Shown piece after piece: positions 41,037-54,775 of a DNA stretch of 64,000 bases. Every line of letters begins with the position of its first letter. Within the stretch, counting starts at the first letter, position 1. The notes under the pieces were generated by a model. That model was not told the DNA's origin. It was given only the letters and a program-made list of their open reading frames with translations, and searched no databases. The position numbers and the translations under genes are program-made. Source of the stretch: Octopus vulgaris (taxonomy: Eukaryota); assembly GCA_951406725.2 (NCBI GenBank), contig OX597816.1, forward strand, positions 93,000,001 through 93,064,000. The letters are read 5' to 3'.

Positions 41037-41617
41037 CAGATATGTGTGTACTGATATTTATACATGTATATATATACACAGACACACACAAACACACGCA
41101 TACACACATATGTTGAAAGTCAATTTGTAATTCTTTGAAATGTTACTCAGTTTTATACACTAAATACACGCGTGATATGTCTACAATATATGGTGAAAAG
41201 GATGTGACCACAATACTCTAGATAGTCGGTTTTCGTTAGTCAATGGTTGAATACTTGGTAATTCAAGCGTATAGCTAGTTGGATTATTATGGTGTAATTT
41301 TACACAATTCAGGTCTAAGGCAAAAATTAACTACACGACACTCGTTTGATTTCATTTTATGGCCATGGATTTGAGTCAATTAGTCTCAGACTAATTTTAA
41401 GAGAAAACTCCCCTGATGGCGGCAGTTAGATAGTATCTCTGACAATCGTATACATGATATCGTTGGTTGATTTAGCCCCAGGAACTTTTCAGTTGGACTA
41501 AACCTGCAGTTAAGTGATCCATTGAAATATAGCGAGGGTTTATTGAGCTATTTCATCTTACTTGGAGTGGAATAGCTTTCAGATCTTTAACCCTTGAGTT
41601 TCCAGACAAATCTATGT

Positions 41618-41950
41618 TCCATGGTTCTGGGTTCATTCCCACTGCGTGGCACCTTGGGCAAGTGTCTTCTGCTATAGCCTCAGAACGAGCAAAGCCTTGT
41701 GAGTGGATTTTGTAGACGGAAACTGAAAGAAGGCCATCGTATATATGTATGTGTGTGTATATGTTTGTGTGTCTGTGTTTGTACCCCCAACATCGCTTGA
41801 CAACCGATGTCCCCGTAACTTAGCGGTTCAGCAAAAGACACCGATAGCATAAGTACTAGGCTTCCAAAGAATAAGTCCTGGGGTCGATTTGCTTGCCTAA
41901 AGGTGGTGCTCCAGCATGGCTATAATCAAATAACTGAAGCAAGTAAAAGA
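41618..41950 (+). mobile_element. tRNA-derived SINE (family C)
   Basis: B-box gggttcattccc, ccttgggcaagtgtc, tail ccagcatggc...aactgaagcaagtaaaaga; related copies at 42320-42475, 50470-50610, 54385-54775(-) and 60435-60550(-). Confidence 0.85.
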
Positions 41951-42007
41951 GAGAGAGTATATATATATATATATGTGTGTGTGTGAAGTAGTTTTTGTGA
42001 GGTATAA

Positions 42008-42298
42008 TTTAAAGAAAGTAGTTGTGCAAAGTCAGAACAATACGAGAAGGTACAAAGTAGACTTCAAATTGAAAAGAAAACTGAATAAAGTTGCAGTTTT
42101 GCCTTGTATTTCTATAATTTGGGCGTGAGCAACAAACTTTTCCAACCACCGCTTTTCCAAATGACCTGAAGAAGGGGTCTTCACCCCAAAATATAGAAAT
42201 AAAAGGTAAAACTGCAACTTCGTTGTTTTCTTTTCTTTTTGTAGTTTACTTTGTACATTCTCACATTGTTCTGGTTTTACACAACTATATTCTTTAAA
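42008..42298. repeat. Inverted repeat, ~120-bp arms, with a central hammerhead-like motif (pLTR-like)
   Basis: aagttgcagttttgccttgtatttctata vs tatagaaataaaaggtaaaactgcaactt; CTGAAGA A GGGGT cttc ACCCC aAAA TATA at 42166-42195. Confidence 0.75.
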
Positions 42299-42569
42299 TG
42301 TGTGTGTGGTAGTGGTGCATTATGTCCCTCTAACTTAGCAGTTCAGCAAAAGAGACAAATAGAATAAGTTCTAAGCTTCAAAAACTAATAAGTCCTAAAG
42401 TCGATTTGTTTGACTAAAACCCTTCAGTGCCCCAGCATGGCCACAGTCAAATAACTGAAACAAGTAAAAAATAAAAGATGAAACATGATCAATCCAGATA
42501 TGAAGGCTACCTATGGAAAGGTCTCTTCTATTACGCCTAAAATGCTAAAAACAAAACAAAACAGATCTG

Positions 42570-42875
42570 CACTGCAAATTATGGTAACTGCTTGACAGTG
42601 ATGACAAAAAAATAAATTTTCTTTCATTTTCAGGGAAAAAGCTTTACTATGACTAGTAAGCAGTACAGTGATACTTTCAAAGAGTTTAGAGAAGCAATAA
42701 GAAGAGACTGGACAAGAAACCAGTCCACATTTACTATGACAATGTACAACTACACACCTGACTTTTGTGATGAAATAGGCAGTCAACAACAAATTAGGTT
42801 AGTCATTGGCTCTCCAACCACAACACAGCCCAGAATGATACCATTCAACTTCCACTTGTTTAGTCCAATAAAGGA
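42570..42875 (+). mobile_element. mariner transposase remnant
   Basis: TMTSKQYSDTFKEFREAIRR, YYDN, PFNFHLFSPIK (cf. DFHLFGPLK). Confidence 0.6.
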
Positions 42876-45794
42876 CACAAAACATACACCTATTAAACAA
42901 GAGGACCAAGATTATAAGATATCACTGATACAAAAATAAACCCATCTTTAAAATAATGACACAAACTCTACACAAACACATTCATAATTAATTGACACCA
43001 ACAAGAATCCAGCCACAAACAACTGGCTCAGATTAAATACACATCTCAATGCATATGCATACACTGCAACAACACCAAGCCTTGGTTAAATACACTAATA
43101 CACACACACACACAAATGAATATTTTGATCTGTATGTATAAATCCACAAGTTTGCAGTTGCATGAAACTCACAAGCTGAATATTCAGTTTCATTAAACTA
43201 TATGTATGTGTGCATGCATGCATGTATGTTTACACACACACTTATGTCTGTATTGCTGTATACTCATTTTATGTTGGTACAGATTTTTTTAAATGCCTAA
43301 CTATGATTATTGATATATGCATCTGTGAATGTTTGATATATTTATCCATTGATTTTGGAGGAATCCATTCTCACTTCATAGATTCGTCAGACCATCATGA
43401 TCCAAATAATTCATTTATATTTACTTTTTTAACTTATTTTTCATACATACATAAATGCTCACTATGTTAAAAATTCAGTTTGGTTTTCAGTTTGGCTTAG
43501 ATTTTTGTAGAAGCTACAGCATTTGTAACTATGGTTATATATAATGGTATTGCATTATTTATTCTTCCTTTTGCATGTTCTTAGTGTGTCTGTCCCTTCT
43601 GTATCTGCATTTCATTGCATTTTGCATACATGCATGTCTATTTTGATGTAATACACTTATGTCTGAATCTCCAAGACTTTGAAAGTTAAATTTATTTACA
43701 TCTCAGTTTTGTAAGATATGGTTAAAAGTATGAAAGAAATTTTGCTGTTCTGTTGATTTTTCATTTATAGATAAACCTTAGCAAGCCAGAAAAAGAGAAA
43801 CATGAGAGGTATTTCCAATTCTATGAATTATTCATTTCAATAACATTTTATTTTTAAGATACATCACATAGCTATAACACAAGTCTTTCAAGGGTATTCT
43901 AGGAATAGAGGTAGAAGTTTCTCAGAGTTATTTATAAATACAAAACTATTTTATCACACATGTGTGACATAATGCCAATGGATGTTTCCTTTGCCTATCT
44001 ATATAATATATATAACTGAAATGTTAGAAATTAACAGTAGGTCTAAAATAATTGTATTTATTGATAAACCTGGTTGTAATACAGTCAGCAGCTTTAATGA
44101 TATCAATCAGTTATTTCATATATTCACACCATTTATGACAAGTTTGATGGTTAGAATTAAATGAATTCAAATTTCAAAACAAGAAACCACAAACCAGACA
44201 AATTTATAAATCTCTTACATACTTAAAAGCTAAAATCAATTTCAAAATTTAATGTAACAAAATTATTTCATATATCCTTTAAATTAAAACTTAGTAACTC
44301 CTTTTAATTACTAATGTAATTGTTGTTTTATACATTTATTTTCTTATTTATTTCTGTATTATTCTTCTAATTCACCTTTCCATCCTGCTCTCCATTTTTC
44401 TCTTGATGCTTTTCATGAGACCGTATATGAGGTGAATGGCAGAGATATGAGAAAAGTGTTGAAGAAAAGGAGGTAGTTTAGAGAGAAAAATATTGAAAAA
44501 AGTTGGAACTTTAGAGAGAAAAGTGTGTATTGAGGTGAGAAAGAATGTGAAAGTGCAAAAAGCTGAAATGGAATGAAAATAAATTTAAATAAATAACAAA
44601 GTGAAGAGAAATTAGAAATTATCATAAAACACAAGAGAGTGTGAAACAATGGTTTATATATTTCTTCATTCCTTAAATCATAGATTAAAATAATTTTCTC
44701 CCTAACTTTCTGACACACATTGCTTCCAACAAATCTTAACAGTCAGCTTGTTTTTGAATTTTTTATGATAGTCCATTTATTTGTGCGTGTGTGTGTGAGA
44801 AAGAGTGAGAGAGAAAGAGCAGGAGAAACAGAGAGAGAAAGAGGGAGAAAGAGAGAGAGAGAGAACTGTCTGAATTTTGTTTTCTGTTATTTAGTTTCAT
44901 TATAGAATAACAATAAAATGAAATGAAATAACAGAAATTTTAAAATAAAGAAAAGAGTTCAGCACTTTATTTTTAGATCATTTGTATTTTTTTTCTCTCC
45001 AATTAAGATCAAAATGAATAAAACCAATTAGTTTTGTAGCAAAATTTTGAAAATACATCGTAAGATTGGTCATAAAGCTTAATTAAAAGAACTTGGAAGC
45101 TGCTAGCTTGTGGAGCCATTTCTCAATCATTAACTCAGAACAACGGTATTTAATCTGACGAACAAATTACTACTATGGAAGAATATTGTATTTGGAGGAA
45201 CTCAGACACAATTAGAAACTATAGCCTCTGACAGTAATTTTACATTTGTTTTTATTTATTAATGTTGATGGTGGTATGACTTGGGGCAAGAGATAATGTA
45301 TATTTCAACCTTGTCTCTATTTAAAATAGGTAGTTTTGAGATATGGAATGTGATTCTATTTTCTGTGTTTAATCAACTATTGGATAGGATTCATCTGTGA
45401 ATAAATGTCTATTGAATTTATGGTGTGTGAGTTTTCTTTTCTTTTTTTTTACCTTTTCATTTTCTTCCTTGACACTTCAAGCATCAAGATCATAATGATG
45501 TTAGTAATGCAATATTAACAAAAGAGTAATGAAATCAGTGGTATTCAGTTACTTTCACCCCACACCTTTACATAGCTTCTAACAATATTTGTGAAAGACA
45601 AACATAATTAAAAAAAAAACATGATTAGATAGAGGGAGTTAACTGAATACTTATACACACAGGTATGCATATACATACATATGTACATACATACATCTTT
45701 TTTTTATATACATATATGTCATTGTTTATTCAATTGTAGTATGAAATATACATATATACATATATATATATATACATACATATATATATATATA

Positions 45795-46015
45795 TTCATT
45801 TAACAGCCACTCTTTCCATGCTTACATGAGTCAAACAGAATTCGTTGAGATGGATTTCTATGACCAGATGCCCTTACTGCCACTAGCCCTCACCTGTTTC
45901 TTAGGAAGCCAATATTTCCCTTGGCCACATATGTTTCTCATGGAAGATGGATACGAACAATATCACTTGTATGACAGTAATGTTCATTTCCAGCCATCAT
46001 GTGATGTTAAAACTA
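45795..46015 (-). mobile_element. SINE with RTE-type tail (family D)
   Basis: tttaac...tttccatgct..catg and ttcta..accagatgccctt; related copies at 52370-52600(-) and 54300-54383(+, ends gctagcatggaaagcggatgttaaacgatgatgatg). Confidence 0.6.
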
Positions 46016-46022
46016 GGGTACA

Positions 46023-46070
<48 letters not shown>

Positions 46071-46560
46071 CACACACATACCAGGTGTCCAACAATGAAA
46101 CAAACTAAGCATTGAAGAAAGGAAATGTATCTTTATGTGCTACTGAAAGTTTGAAAACACAGTCAAAGTGCAAAGACAGTTTTGAGAGGGGTTTCAAATA
46201 GATTCATTTATGCAACTTACCATCACTTGAATTAGAGTATGAAGCTGATGAAACTGTTCAGAATGTTGACAAGGAACATTCCAAAAGACCATGGATATCG
46301 ATGAGACCCACTAAACAAGGAATGCTATTAGAAACATTGTCAGAGTTCAAAAGAATATGAGTGGCAAGTGAGTCTCATGAGATAGGAATTTCAAAATCAA
46401 GCATGTACTGCATTTGGAAGCACTGTCATTGGAAAAATTACATTCCAAGTTCTCATTGTTGATGAGCCAAATAATGGAGTTTTGTGAGTAGTGTTTGGCA
46501 AGGTGTGAAGATGCACACCTACCAAGAAAGATTGTTTGGTGTGATGAGACTATATTTAAA

Positions 46561-48693
46561 CCCTTTAGTGTTCAGATTAATCTGTCACATGTAATGCTTA
46601 TTTGTTCACATTATTTTGAATTACAGGTTCAAGAGAGGTGTCCACAATATTTGTTTGTAACTTTATTAATTTTTACATAAATTTGAAATTTTGTCAGCGG
46701 GTGCTTATATATCAATGGTTTATAGTTATGTAATTTTAGCTGATCTTTCCAATTAAATTTTACTTTTATGGGTATGTAAATTTAATTAACAGGTGTAAAA
46801 GCAATAACATTATGGATACACACTAAAATTGAAATTCTTAATGCATCTTACCTGTTTGATTTGTTACTAAAATTATCCTAGATATCAACTGCTAACAATT
46901 TTGCCACTTTTCAAGATGAGGTACATTAATTTGAATTAAAATACAGGTATAATCAGTACAAGATTTTATTTTCTCTATATTTCATTCAAACTCTTTCACT
47001 AGTCAATATATCATTGGCTATACATTCTTATACAATTTAATGAATACATTTATATAACATAATGCATCTAATAAAAAAAGCTCATTAACAGGTGAGACAA
47101 AGGTGAATACAGGTGTGTAACATACTGAAAATTAATATGTATTTCTCACTTTCACATATTATTAGTAATAAAATTAAAGGAATACATGATAGTATTACTA
47201 TCAAACACCAAAATAGAGTTATGCCATGTTTCTATCATGAAACTGTTCAAAGCACCCTTTACAAAAGGGCTCTTTGCAAAATGAACACATACATGAGCTC
47301 TTGACCGGATATCCTTTCATAGCTTTTCTTTTTTGCAGTGAACACCGTCTGCAAACATTGTTCCTTCCATTTATGTTTTCCCCTTTATGGAAGTCAATAT
47401 TTTCTCTGTTCACACCCACTTCAGTTAATTTTGCTTTTCTCCCAGTTCTGTACTTTCTGGAGAAAAGTCCTCATGTAACTGAGATGTGATGTTGAACCCA
47501 GGTAAAAAAAAGTCACAGGAATAAACGTCATGGAATAAGTCACAGGAAGTCAATATGTACAAGTCCTGTATCGCCAGTTAATAATTGATTTTAAATATTT
47601 TCTGTTTTATTACTTTAATAATTGTTTATGGTACTTTAGTAAATTGTGACTGACTTGAATATTTTTGTTTGATTACCTGACTTTCTTTCCCAGACAAAAT
47701 TGTGACTTTTTCTGTGCCTTTACTATCAGCCACCATAAGTTAATTGTGACCTTTTTTCCTAGGCAAAATTGTGATTTTTTCCTGTGACTTTATTACTGGT
47801 CATGGCGAAGTCACCCCAAAATTTCGAATGGTCGTAGTCCTTTGGTAGCAGAAGTACCTTGTGGCTTTTTACATAAACAATATATGAATTAACTATAGTT
47901 ACACATAATGCTGGAGATATATGGATTACATACCATATATCAGGACTCCAATAGTTCCACAATCAAGGAAGCTGCTTGATACCAAACATAATGTTTATAG
48001 TAACAAAAAGCTTGTATTTGCACAGTATCAGTTGGCTGTCATAGTGGATTGGGTCTTCCACGAATAGAAATTATGCATTGAGCATATTTATTTGTTTCCT
48101 CTGTGACAGTTTCAAAAAACTTTGTGGTAAAAATAAAAATAAATAGTCCAATAGTTGAGCATTGGGAAGTAGATTGTGTTGTTGACTAGTCTTTTTCGTG
48201 AAATGAGGAATTGTGGTTGATGTAACAATCTTCAACCATGCTGCCATAATGTTTTCAATATCATTTCATCGCTTTCATTTTTTTTTTATCACTTTCAATA
48301 TCAAAATTTTCCTTGTCTGATGGAGATTTATAAATATCAACATCAGATTTGTCTGAAATGAAATCACTTGTTTTCATTTATATTTTGTACATAAACAAGA
48401 GTAAAACCTTCAAAGTTGGAATTGCTACTTGCTGGTGCCATATCATTAAAAACTAAGATATACACTTCTCTTCAAACGTTGAAATGAACCAAGAAATCTC
48501 AAAAACTTTATGGTATTTTTACTTGAATAAAAGTGGGAAAGGATTTATCTTGCATTATCTCAAAGCTACAAGAATTCAATAACATGATTTGTATATATTT
48601 TAGCAATTTCATAAAGGAACCAGATATGGCCAGTTCAAAAAAATAAAGGGAAAATATTTTCAGCCAGTTTTAGCCAATCTGAATACTAAAGGG
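46561..48693 (-). mobile_element. piggyBac-like element, internally deleted
   Basis: 18-bp TIRs ccctttagtgttcagatt / aatctgaatactaaaggg; flanks taaa/ttac (degraded TTAA); Cys-rich C-terminal domain CRRC...CSFCKEPFCKGCFEQFH (47219-47419) and IVNSYIVY. Confidence 0.85.
47497..47800. mobile_element. Foldback-like MITE inside the piggyBac transposase
   Basis: Left-arm aagtcacagga repeats mirrored by right-arm tgtgacttt repeats; ends ccaggtaaaaaaaagtcacagga / tcctgtgactttattactgg. Confidence 0.65.
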
Positions 48694-50124
48694 TTACATT
48701 AAAAAGCTCAATTAATTGCCATAATTGCACCATTGATGATCCAAGAATCAACCTAACATAAAAGAACATCATGTTAGTTTTACCAAGAATTACAGTACCA
48801 TGTGACTTATCATCAAAAGAATTAAATGGACTGTTCGTTTTTGACAACACTGTGATTGGTCCCATTTACTTGAATTTGCTGCAGCAATCTATTATGCCAA
48901 GCATTCAAGAGGATTTGAAGATATGGAGATTTATTTTCTGTAAGATGTGACACTACATAGTTGTGTAAAGCCCTACTTTGATGAGATTTTGCCAAACAGG
49001 TAGATTGGACAAAGAGGTTCAGTAGAATACTCTCTATATTCATCAGAGCTCATGCCACTTTTTACATGGAAATACTTAAAAGAAAATATTTACAGTACAA
49101 AGCTGGCAACAGATAATGAATCAGAGGCAGCCATTGAATGAGAATGTGCATAAATACTGAGTGAAATATTTCTTGATGTTTGCAGTTCCATTGCTTCATG
49201 TTATCAGCAGTCCCAGACCAGAGCGATCATCAGTTTGAAAACTGGAATTCATAAACAATTAAATTCTGCCTGTATAATATTTTATATTCTAAGAAGAAAT
49301 TGTATTTTGATAAACACTGATTTGTAGTCACTCAATGTTTATTTACATTTTTGGGAGACACTCACTCTCTATTTACATGTGATTGGTAAGCAAGATTATT
49401 CACCACATACCATACACACACACACACACACACACACACATCAATATGTGTATGCATGTGTGTACTTATATTTTGTACAATTTTCACAGGAAACAATGAC
49501 ATGGACAGAAATAAACTGATTTAATTTTTTCCTCTTTTATAATTTCATTCACATTAGGATGGCTTATAGGAATACTAATTCTGCACCAGAACTCGTCTGG
49601 TATTTTATTTTATCATCCCCAGCAAGGATGAAAGGCTTAGTTGGCCTCAACAGTATCTTAAAGCAGAATGTAATTAAATACCACAAGCATTGTGTCAAAT
49701 ACTCTAACAATTCTACCAATCTTCTATCTATACTTCATTTCAAGACTTATTTGGTGTAAATAGAAGAAAAAGCAATATATTTAATATATTGTATGCTAGC
49801 ATATGTTAAACAAATACATATTGTTTCGATATTCTTTTGCAGCTGGATTTTCTTCCTGCTGCTAACCTATTCCTGTTTCTTCCTTCTGCTAACCTATTCC
49901 TGTTACTTTGCCAGTAATGGATTTTTCATTCAAATCATCTTTGAAAGAGCTGAGACAACTGGAATGAAAACTTCTTTATTTGAAAATGGTTATAGCAGAA
50001 AAGACAGTCAACTGTAAACCAATCCCTCAACCATATGTATTTGTCTTTGCCTAACTTATGCAAGCATGGAAAAATATCCTTAATGTTGTGGCTGTCATTG
50101 TCATTATATTTGTTATGTAGAAGT

Positions 50125-50460
50125 AGGCATCAACTACAAGATCCAGTCCGTGTTGCAATGTGGTTGTGTGGTTTGCATGCTTCAATGTTCTTGAGAGCTG
50201 TACCAGCAGAACACAGGACATTCTATTTTGAACAGCTCAAAGAACAGAGGCCAGACTAAAATGGACCACGAATCCCCAGATGTAAAAAAAATGGGTTTGC
50301 ATAGGGCCAACATCCCTACCCAGAAGAAAGGCAAAGTTACAGAAGCAGTGATGATAGTTCAAAACCATCAGAATCTGGAAGAGAACAGCCCAGAATCAAG
50401 AACAGTGAAGAAAAGTCATTGCTGGCCTATGTTCCATAAGGAGTGCACAGCTCAAGTCAG
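50125..50460 (+). mobile_element. RTE-derived non-autonomous retroelement
   Basis: gggtttgcatagggccaacatccctaccc (RTE 5'UTR-like) joined to ggcctatgttcc..aggagtg..cagctcaagt (RTE 3'-end-like). Confidence 0.45.
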
Positions 50461-50854
50461 TTGGATATAGGCATAGCTGAGTGTTAAAGAAATACTTCAC
50501 CATCATGAGGTCTTGGGTTTTATTCTACTGCACAGCATCTTCAATGAGTATTTATGACCAAAGTCTCCAGTCAACTCAAACTTTGTGAGTGAAACTGGAC
50601 AGACGGAAACCATTTTACCTGCAATTCAATGGTGCAGTCTTATCATTTAGCGGCCTGCTGATACAGCTGTGGAATTACACAAAGGGTACATGTGTCTTTG
50701 GAATACTCAGTCATTTATATATTAATTCAATAAATCTGGCATCCAGTTGATTAACTGAAGGCTTCATCTTAAAGCCAATGGAGGATCTATCATATCATTA
50801 GCACAGTTGCAGAGAGTAAAAGAATTGTTAGAATGTCATTGTTGCTATTGTTGT

Positions 50855-51670
50855 TGTTAAGCTGCTAATATTGATCAAAGGCTTTCCAATTTCAGCCATG
50901 ATCATCCCTTCATTTTAGGAGAATGAAGGTCTACATTTTCTATTGTGTGCTTTCTTTTTACCAAAATAGGAGCGTGTAATCTGAGGAAGATTTGGCTGTT
51001 TTTCCAGTATGCCAAGGAACTACATAGAAGCTCTTTCATTGGCTCATCATTAGAATGCTGAACATGACTGTGACAAATTATATTTATCTACATCCCTTTA
51101 TGTTCTAAATTAAAATATTCCTGGGACTGAATTTGACTTTCATCCCTCCAATTACCAATATGATAAGAATCAGTTAAGGCAATTTAACTGGTAACTAAGC
51201 CTCCCTAAAATTTGGGGGCTTTATAGCCAAGTATTATCATATTTGTTGTTGATGATGTTGTGGTTTCAGTCCCAGGTCAACTCTGATCAAGCAAACCTAT
51301 AGTCAAAGGAATTCCACCAGTGACCATCCTATTGTTGTAAGGATATGTAGGGCATTATCTGTTGAGCCTTTGCCTTATATAAGATGGCAGAACAGATGCT
51401 GTTATTATTGTTTGATACTCAGATCATCTCTGACCAAGTTGATCCATGATCAAAATGCATTCCAGTATTGAGCATCCTATTTTATTCAGATATACTGTAT
51501 GTATGATCACAGTGTTCAATAAGCACATTTTTTAAAAATTCCTTGTTAGTTTAAGTTAGGGCATTTATTGTTGGTATTTCTTAGCCTTAGGTCAAACCTG
51601 ACTGAGTAGAACAATCATTGAAGGTATTCCAGTCATGACAACTCTTGCTTTTAGAAAAACCTAAGACAAC
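50855..51670 (+). repeat. Cluster of about four family X copies in the same orientation
   Basis: Recurring ...ggtcaa..ctga.c.ag...atcaaagg.attcca..c.tgaccatcc at about 50870, 51270, 51420 and 51585. Confidence 0.55.
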
Positions 51671-52180
51671 ATCCAGAGCTTCTTTAGCAGCATTGTAGAT
51701 TCCTGGGCAAATCAATGCACTTGGCCCTACAGTATTTATTTATTGACATCAAGCCACAACATATACAGGTCGTAATTGGGGTCTCCCTTTATCCCAATTC
51801 TGAGCAACTTCCCAGTCTCCCCATGCCTTAAGATGTTGTTTATTTATGAGATGGTAGGGTATGATTTATGGAAGGTTTGTAGCTGAATGATGACATACAG
51901 GCACTTTTTGGCTTATGGTTGCTACCATCCATACAGTGTTGGAGAATTGTTAATTTCTGAATAGTGGTGAAACTAACAACAAAATACATATTATCACACC
52001 AATGTGTGAGGTAAGATCCAGCCTTAAATATGTAAGAGATGTTTCTGTGTGGAAGCATAGCAACTGGTGCCTGATGACATTTTCAAATTGCCCAAAAATG
52101 TAGCATCTGTATTAAGCTGCTGAGAACTTGTCATATGAGTTTCATTCTTCAGTAAAACTGTATGTACTTCAACTATGGCA
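51660..52180 (-). mobile_element. Tc1/mariner transposase remnant
   Basis: AKCIDLPRNL (cf. W.KCI..G.Y) at the 3' end and an FTEE (cf. F.DE) region upstream; heavily decayed. Confidence 0.35.
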
Positions 52181-54384
52181 ATCATACTTTGTTGTACTGA
52201 ACATTATCATTTTCGTGCTTGCAATAGTTTATATCTACTTTTTGTCAAAGATAAAATTTATATATGATATTAAACAATGAAATTTCAGGATATACACCTA
52301 TCTGTGAAGAATTACTATGACATCTAGCTTTCCTGATTTTTCAGCTTTTCGTCTTAATTATATCATCCTCATCAACATTGAAGGTCCATGTTCCATGCTA
52401 ACATGGCATGGTTTGACAAGAATTTGATGAGTCAAAGGACTGCATCATACCATACACCAATATCTGCTTTGGCATGATTTCTAGGGCTGGATTCCTTCCT
52501 AATGCCAACCACTTTACAGCATGTACTGGATGCATTTTTTTTTTTTCATGTCATCAGCACTTTTGAGGTCACAATGTGGCCTGCAAGAAGGGATGATGCC
52601 ACGTCCATATCTTAGATGGAGTTAAGGTATGGGGAAAGGGGCTGGGGTAGATCAAGTTCACCGTGAAGAGAAGTTACATGACTGCTCACATTTAAGAATG
52701 AGAATGAATTAATGGTATATCCAAGGAAACAGCGGTTATGAGGTGTCCAGATGGCACCTCAGGTAGCAGGAACAGTTGGTGGTGGTGGTGGTGGTGGTGG
52801 TGGTGGTGGTGGAGTGAATGGGGTTTTTGTAAAAGTATGGGAAAAGAGACAGGGAAACTGGGAGAGGGAGGTACACAACATCAGTAAAGATTGGGCATGG
52901 GTTGATGAAAGAGGCTACCTGAGTTGAAGAGGCTTCAGGGATACTAGCAGTAGGATAATAACGATACGACTAATGTGGGGAGAAGAGAGATGGCATGTTT
53001 AGGTAGGCTACAGAAACAATAGAAAGATAAAACATGCACTATAACATGTGGGTGTGGAGAACAATATTAATAATTGAAAGTTGACTAACAGGTGAAATGT
53101 TCTGGGTAGCAAGAGAGCAAAGTGGTACCGGGATAGTGGGAGAAGAGTTGCAGTGGATAATGTGATGTGGTGTGACATGAGGAGGCTGTGATTGATTGAT
53201 TGCACACACACACACATCTGTGTGTGTATATGCATGCACATGTATGTGTGTGCAGGTGTGTGTGTATGTGCATGCATGTGAAGGGTTATACTGACTTCTG
53301 TATAACTATTTTATAAATTCTTTGATACCATTAACAATAGCCAGTCCATCTCTTATTTTATTTTACTTTCAGTTGAAGTTATATATGAAGATATATATAT
53401 AAGTTTTTAGAATTCTGATTTTTATCTCATTTTTAATTGTTTGTAAGGGCATCAATAACAGAAACAGCTTAATGAACAAACAGTGTGGATTGAACCACTA
53501 TCTAAAAGTTCTCTTGCTAGATCAAAAATTATCAATGGTCAGAGTAAGAACAATACTATCATCAATCATCATTACAATTTTAATTGTTGTCATCTATTGT
53601 TATTAATTTACACATTTATGATTGCATAATATACATATAACTTGAAAACGGCATTAATACAATAATAAAAAGAGTAATTTATTTAACTAAAATAAAACTG
53701 ATTAAATAAGAGGTAGCCATATATTGTCTCAATATTCTTTAGTAGGGTAGTCTAATAAATCATATTAATCTTCATCAAAGCTGAAAATGATAACAGAAAG
53801 AGCATATACCTTTAACTTCTGCAAACTTGCAAATTTAAATATTTCTCCAAACTAATGTATCTGATGACTTTCTAAGTAGTTGATATCTGATTTGGTAACA
53901 TGAATTTTGAAAGGTGATACCATGTCATTTTGTTGGTCAAAGTTGAAATTTATTTTGACAGGTTCACCTATCTTCAATCATATATTTATCTTCTTTCCAG
54001 AAATTTAAAAAAATATAATGATAATAGAAAATATATTTGCTCACTAGAGCTTTTCGCTTTTTTATTTTTAATTTATTTCTTAAATAGCTTGTGTTACCGA
54101 AATATAATCAATGGAACTGAAATCTTAGATTAAATCATCTCTCAGACAAGTGAAATGTAGCTAGAGAGAGCTATCTGTATGTATCCATCTACCAAATTAA
54201 AATGAAGAAATTGTATTTAAATAGCGTTTAGATATCTAGAAGTTCCTTTTTCATTGTATAAAAATGTTAACTTTGTTATTTATGTAAATTTGAAAAGTAG
54301 GTGCATCCATCTGGTTCGCCAGTCCTCAGTCAAATCGTCTAACCCATGCTAGCATGGAAAGCGGATGTTAAACGATGATGATGT

Positions 54385-54775
54385 TTCAGTCATTAGACTG
54401 TGGCCATGCTAGGGCACTGCCTCAAGGAATTTTCTGTTGGATGTACCACAGTACTTATTTTTCTCTTTTAAAGCCTGGTACTTATTCTATTGGTCTCTTT
54501 TGCCAAACCACTAAGTTACAGGAATATAGACACACCAACACCAGTTGTCAAGCAGTGGTAGGAGACAAACACAGACACAATGACACGCACACATACATAT
54601 ACATATACATGTATACAACAGGCTTCTTTCAGTTTCCATTTATCAAATCCACTCAGAAGGCTTTGGTCAGCCTGAGGCTATAGTAGAAAATACTTGCCCA
54701 AGGTGCCACACAGTGGGACTGACCCTGGAACCATATGGTTGTGAAGCAAGCTTCTTACCATGCAGTCACACCAGT
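54385..54775 (-). mobile_element. tRNA-derived SINE (family C)
   Basis: Reverse complement of 41618-41950 with CpG-to-TpG/CpA changes. Confidence 0.85.

Larger units (their letters stand above)
46080..49365 (+). mobile_element. Decayed Tc1/mariner element (DD37D/DD41D-like) split by a piggyBac insertion
   Basis: N-terminal KLSIEERK..FENTVKVQRQF and IVWCDETIFK end at 46560; resumes at 48694 with [32 protein letters not shown]; right end catttttgggagacac. Confidence 0.75.
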
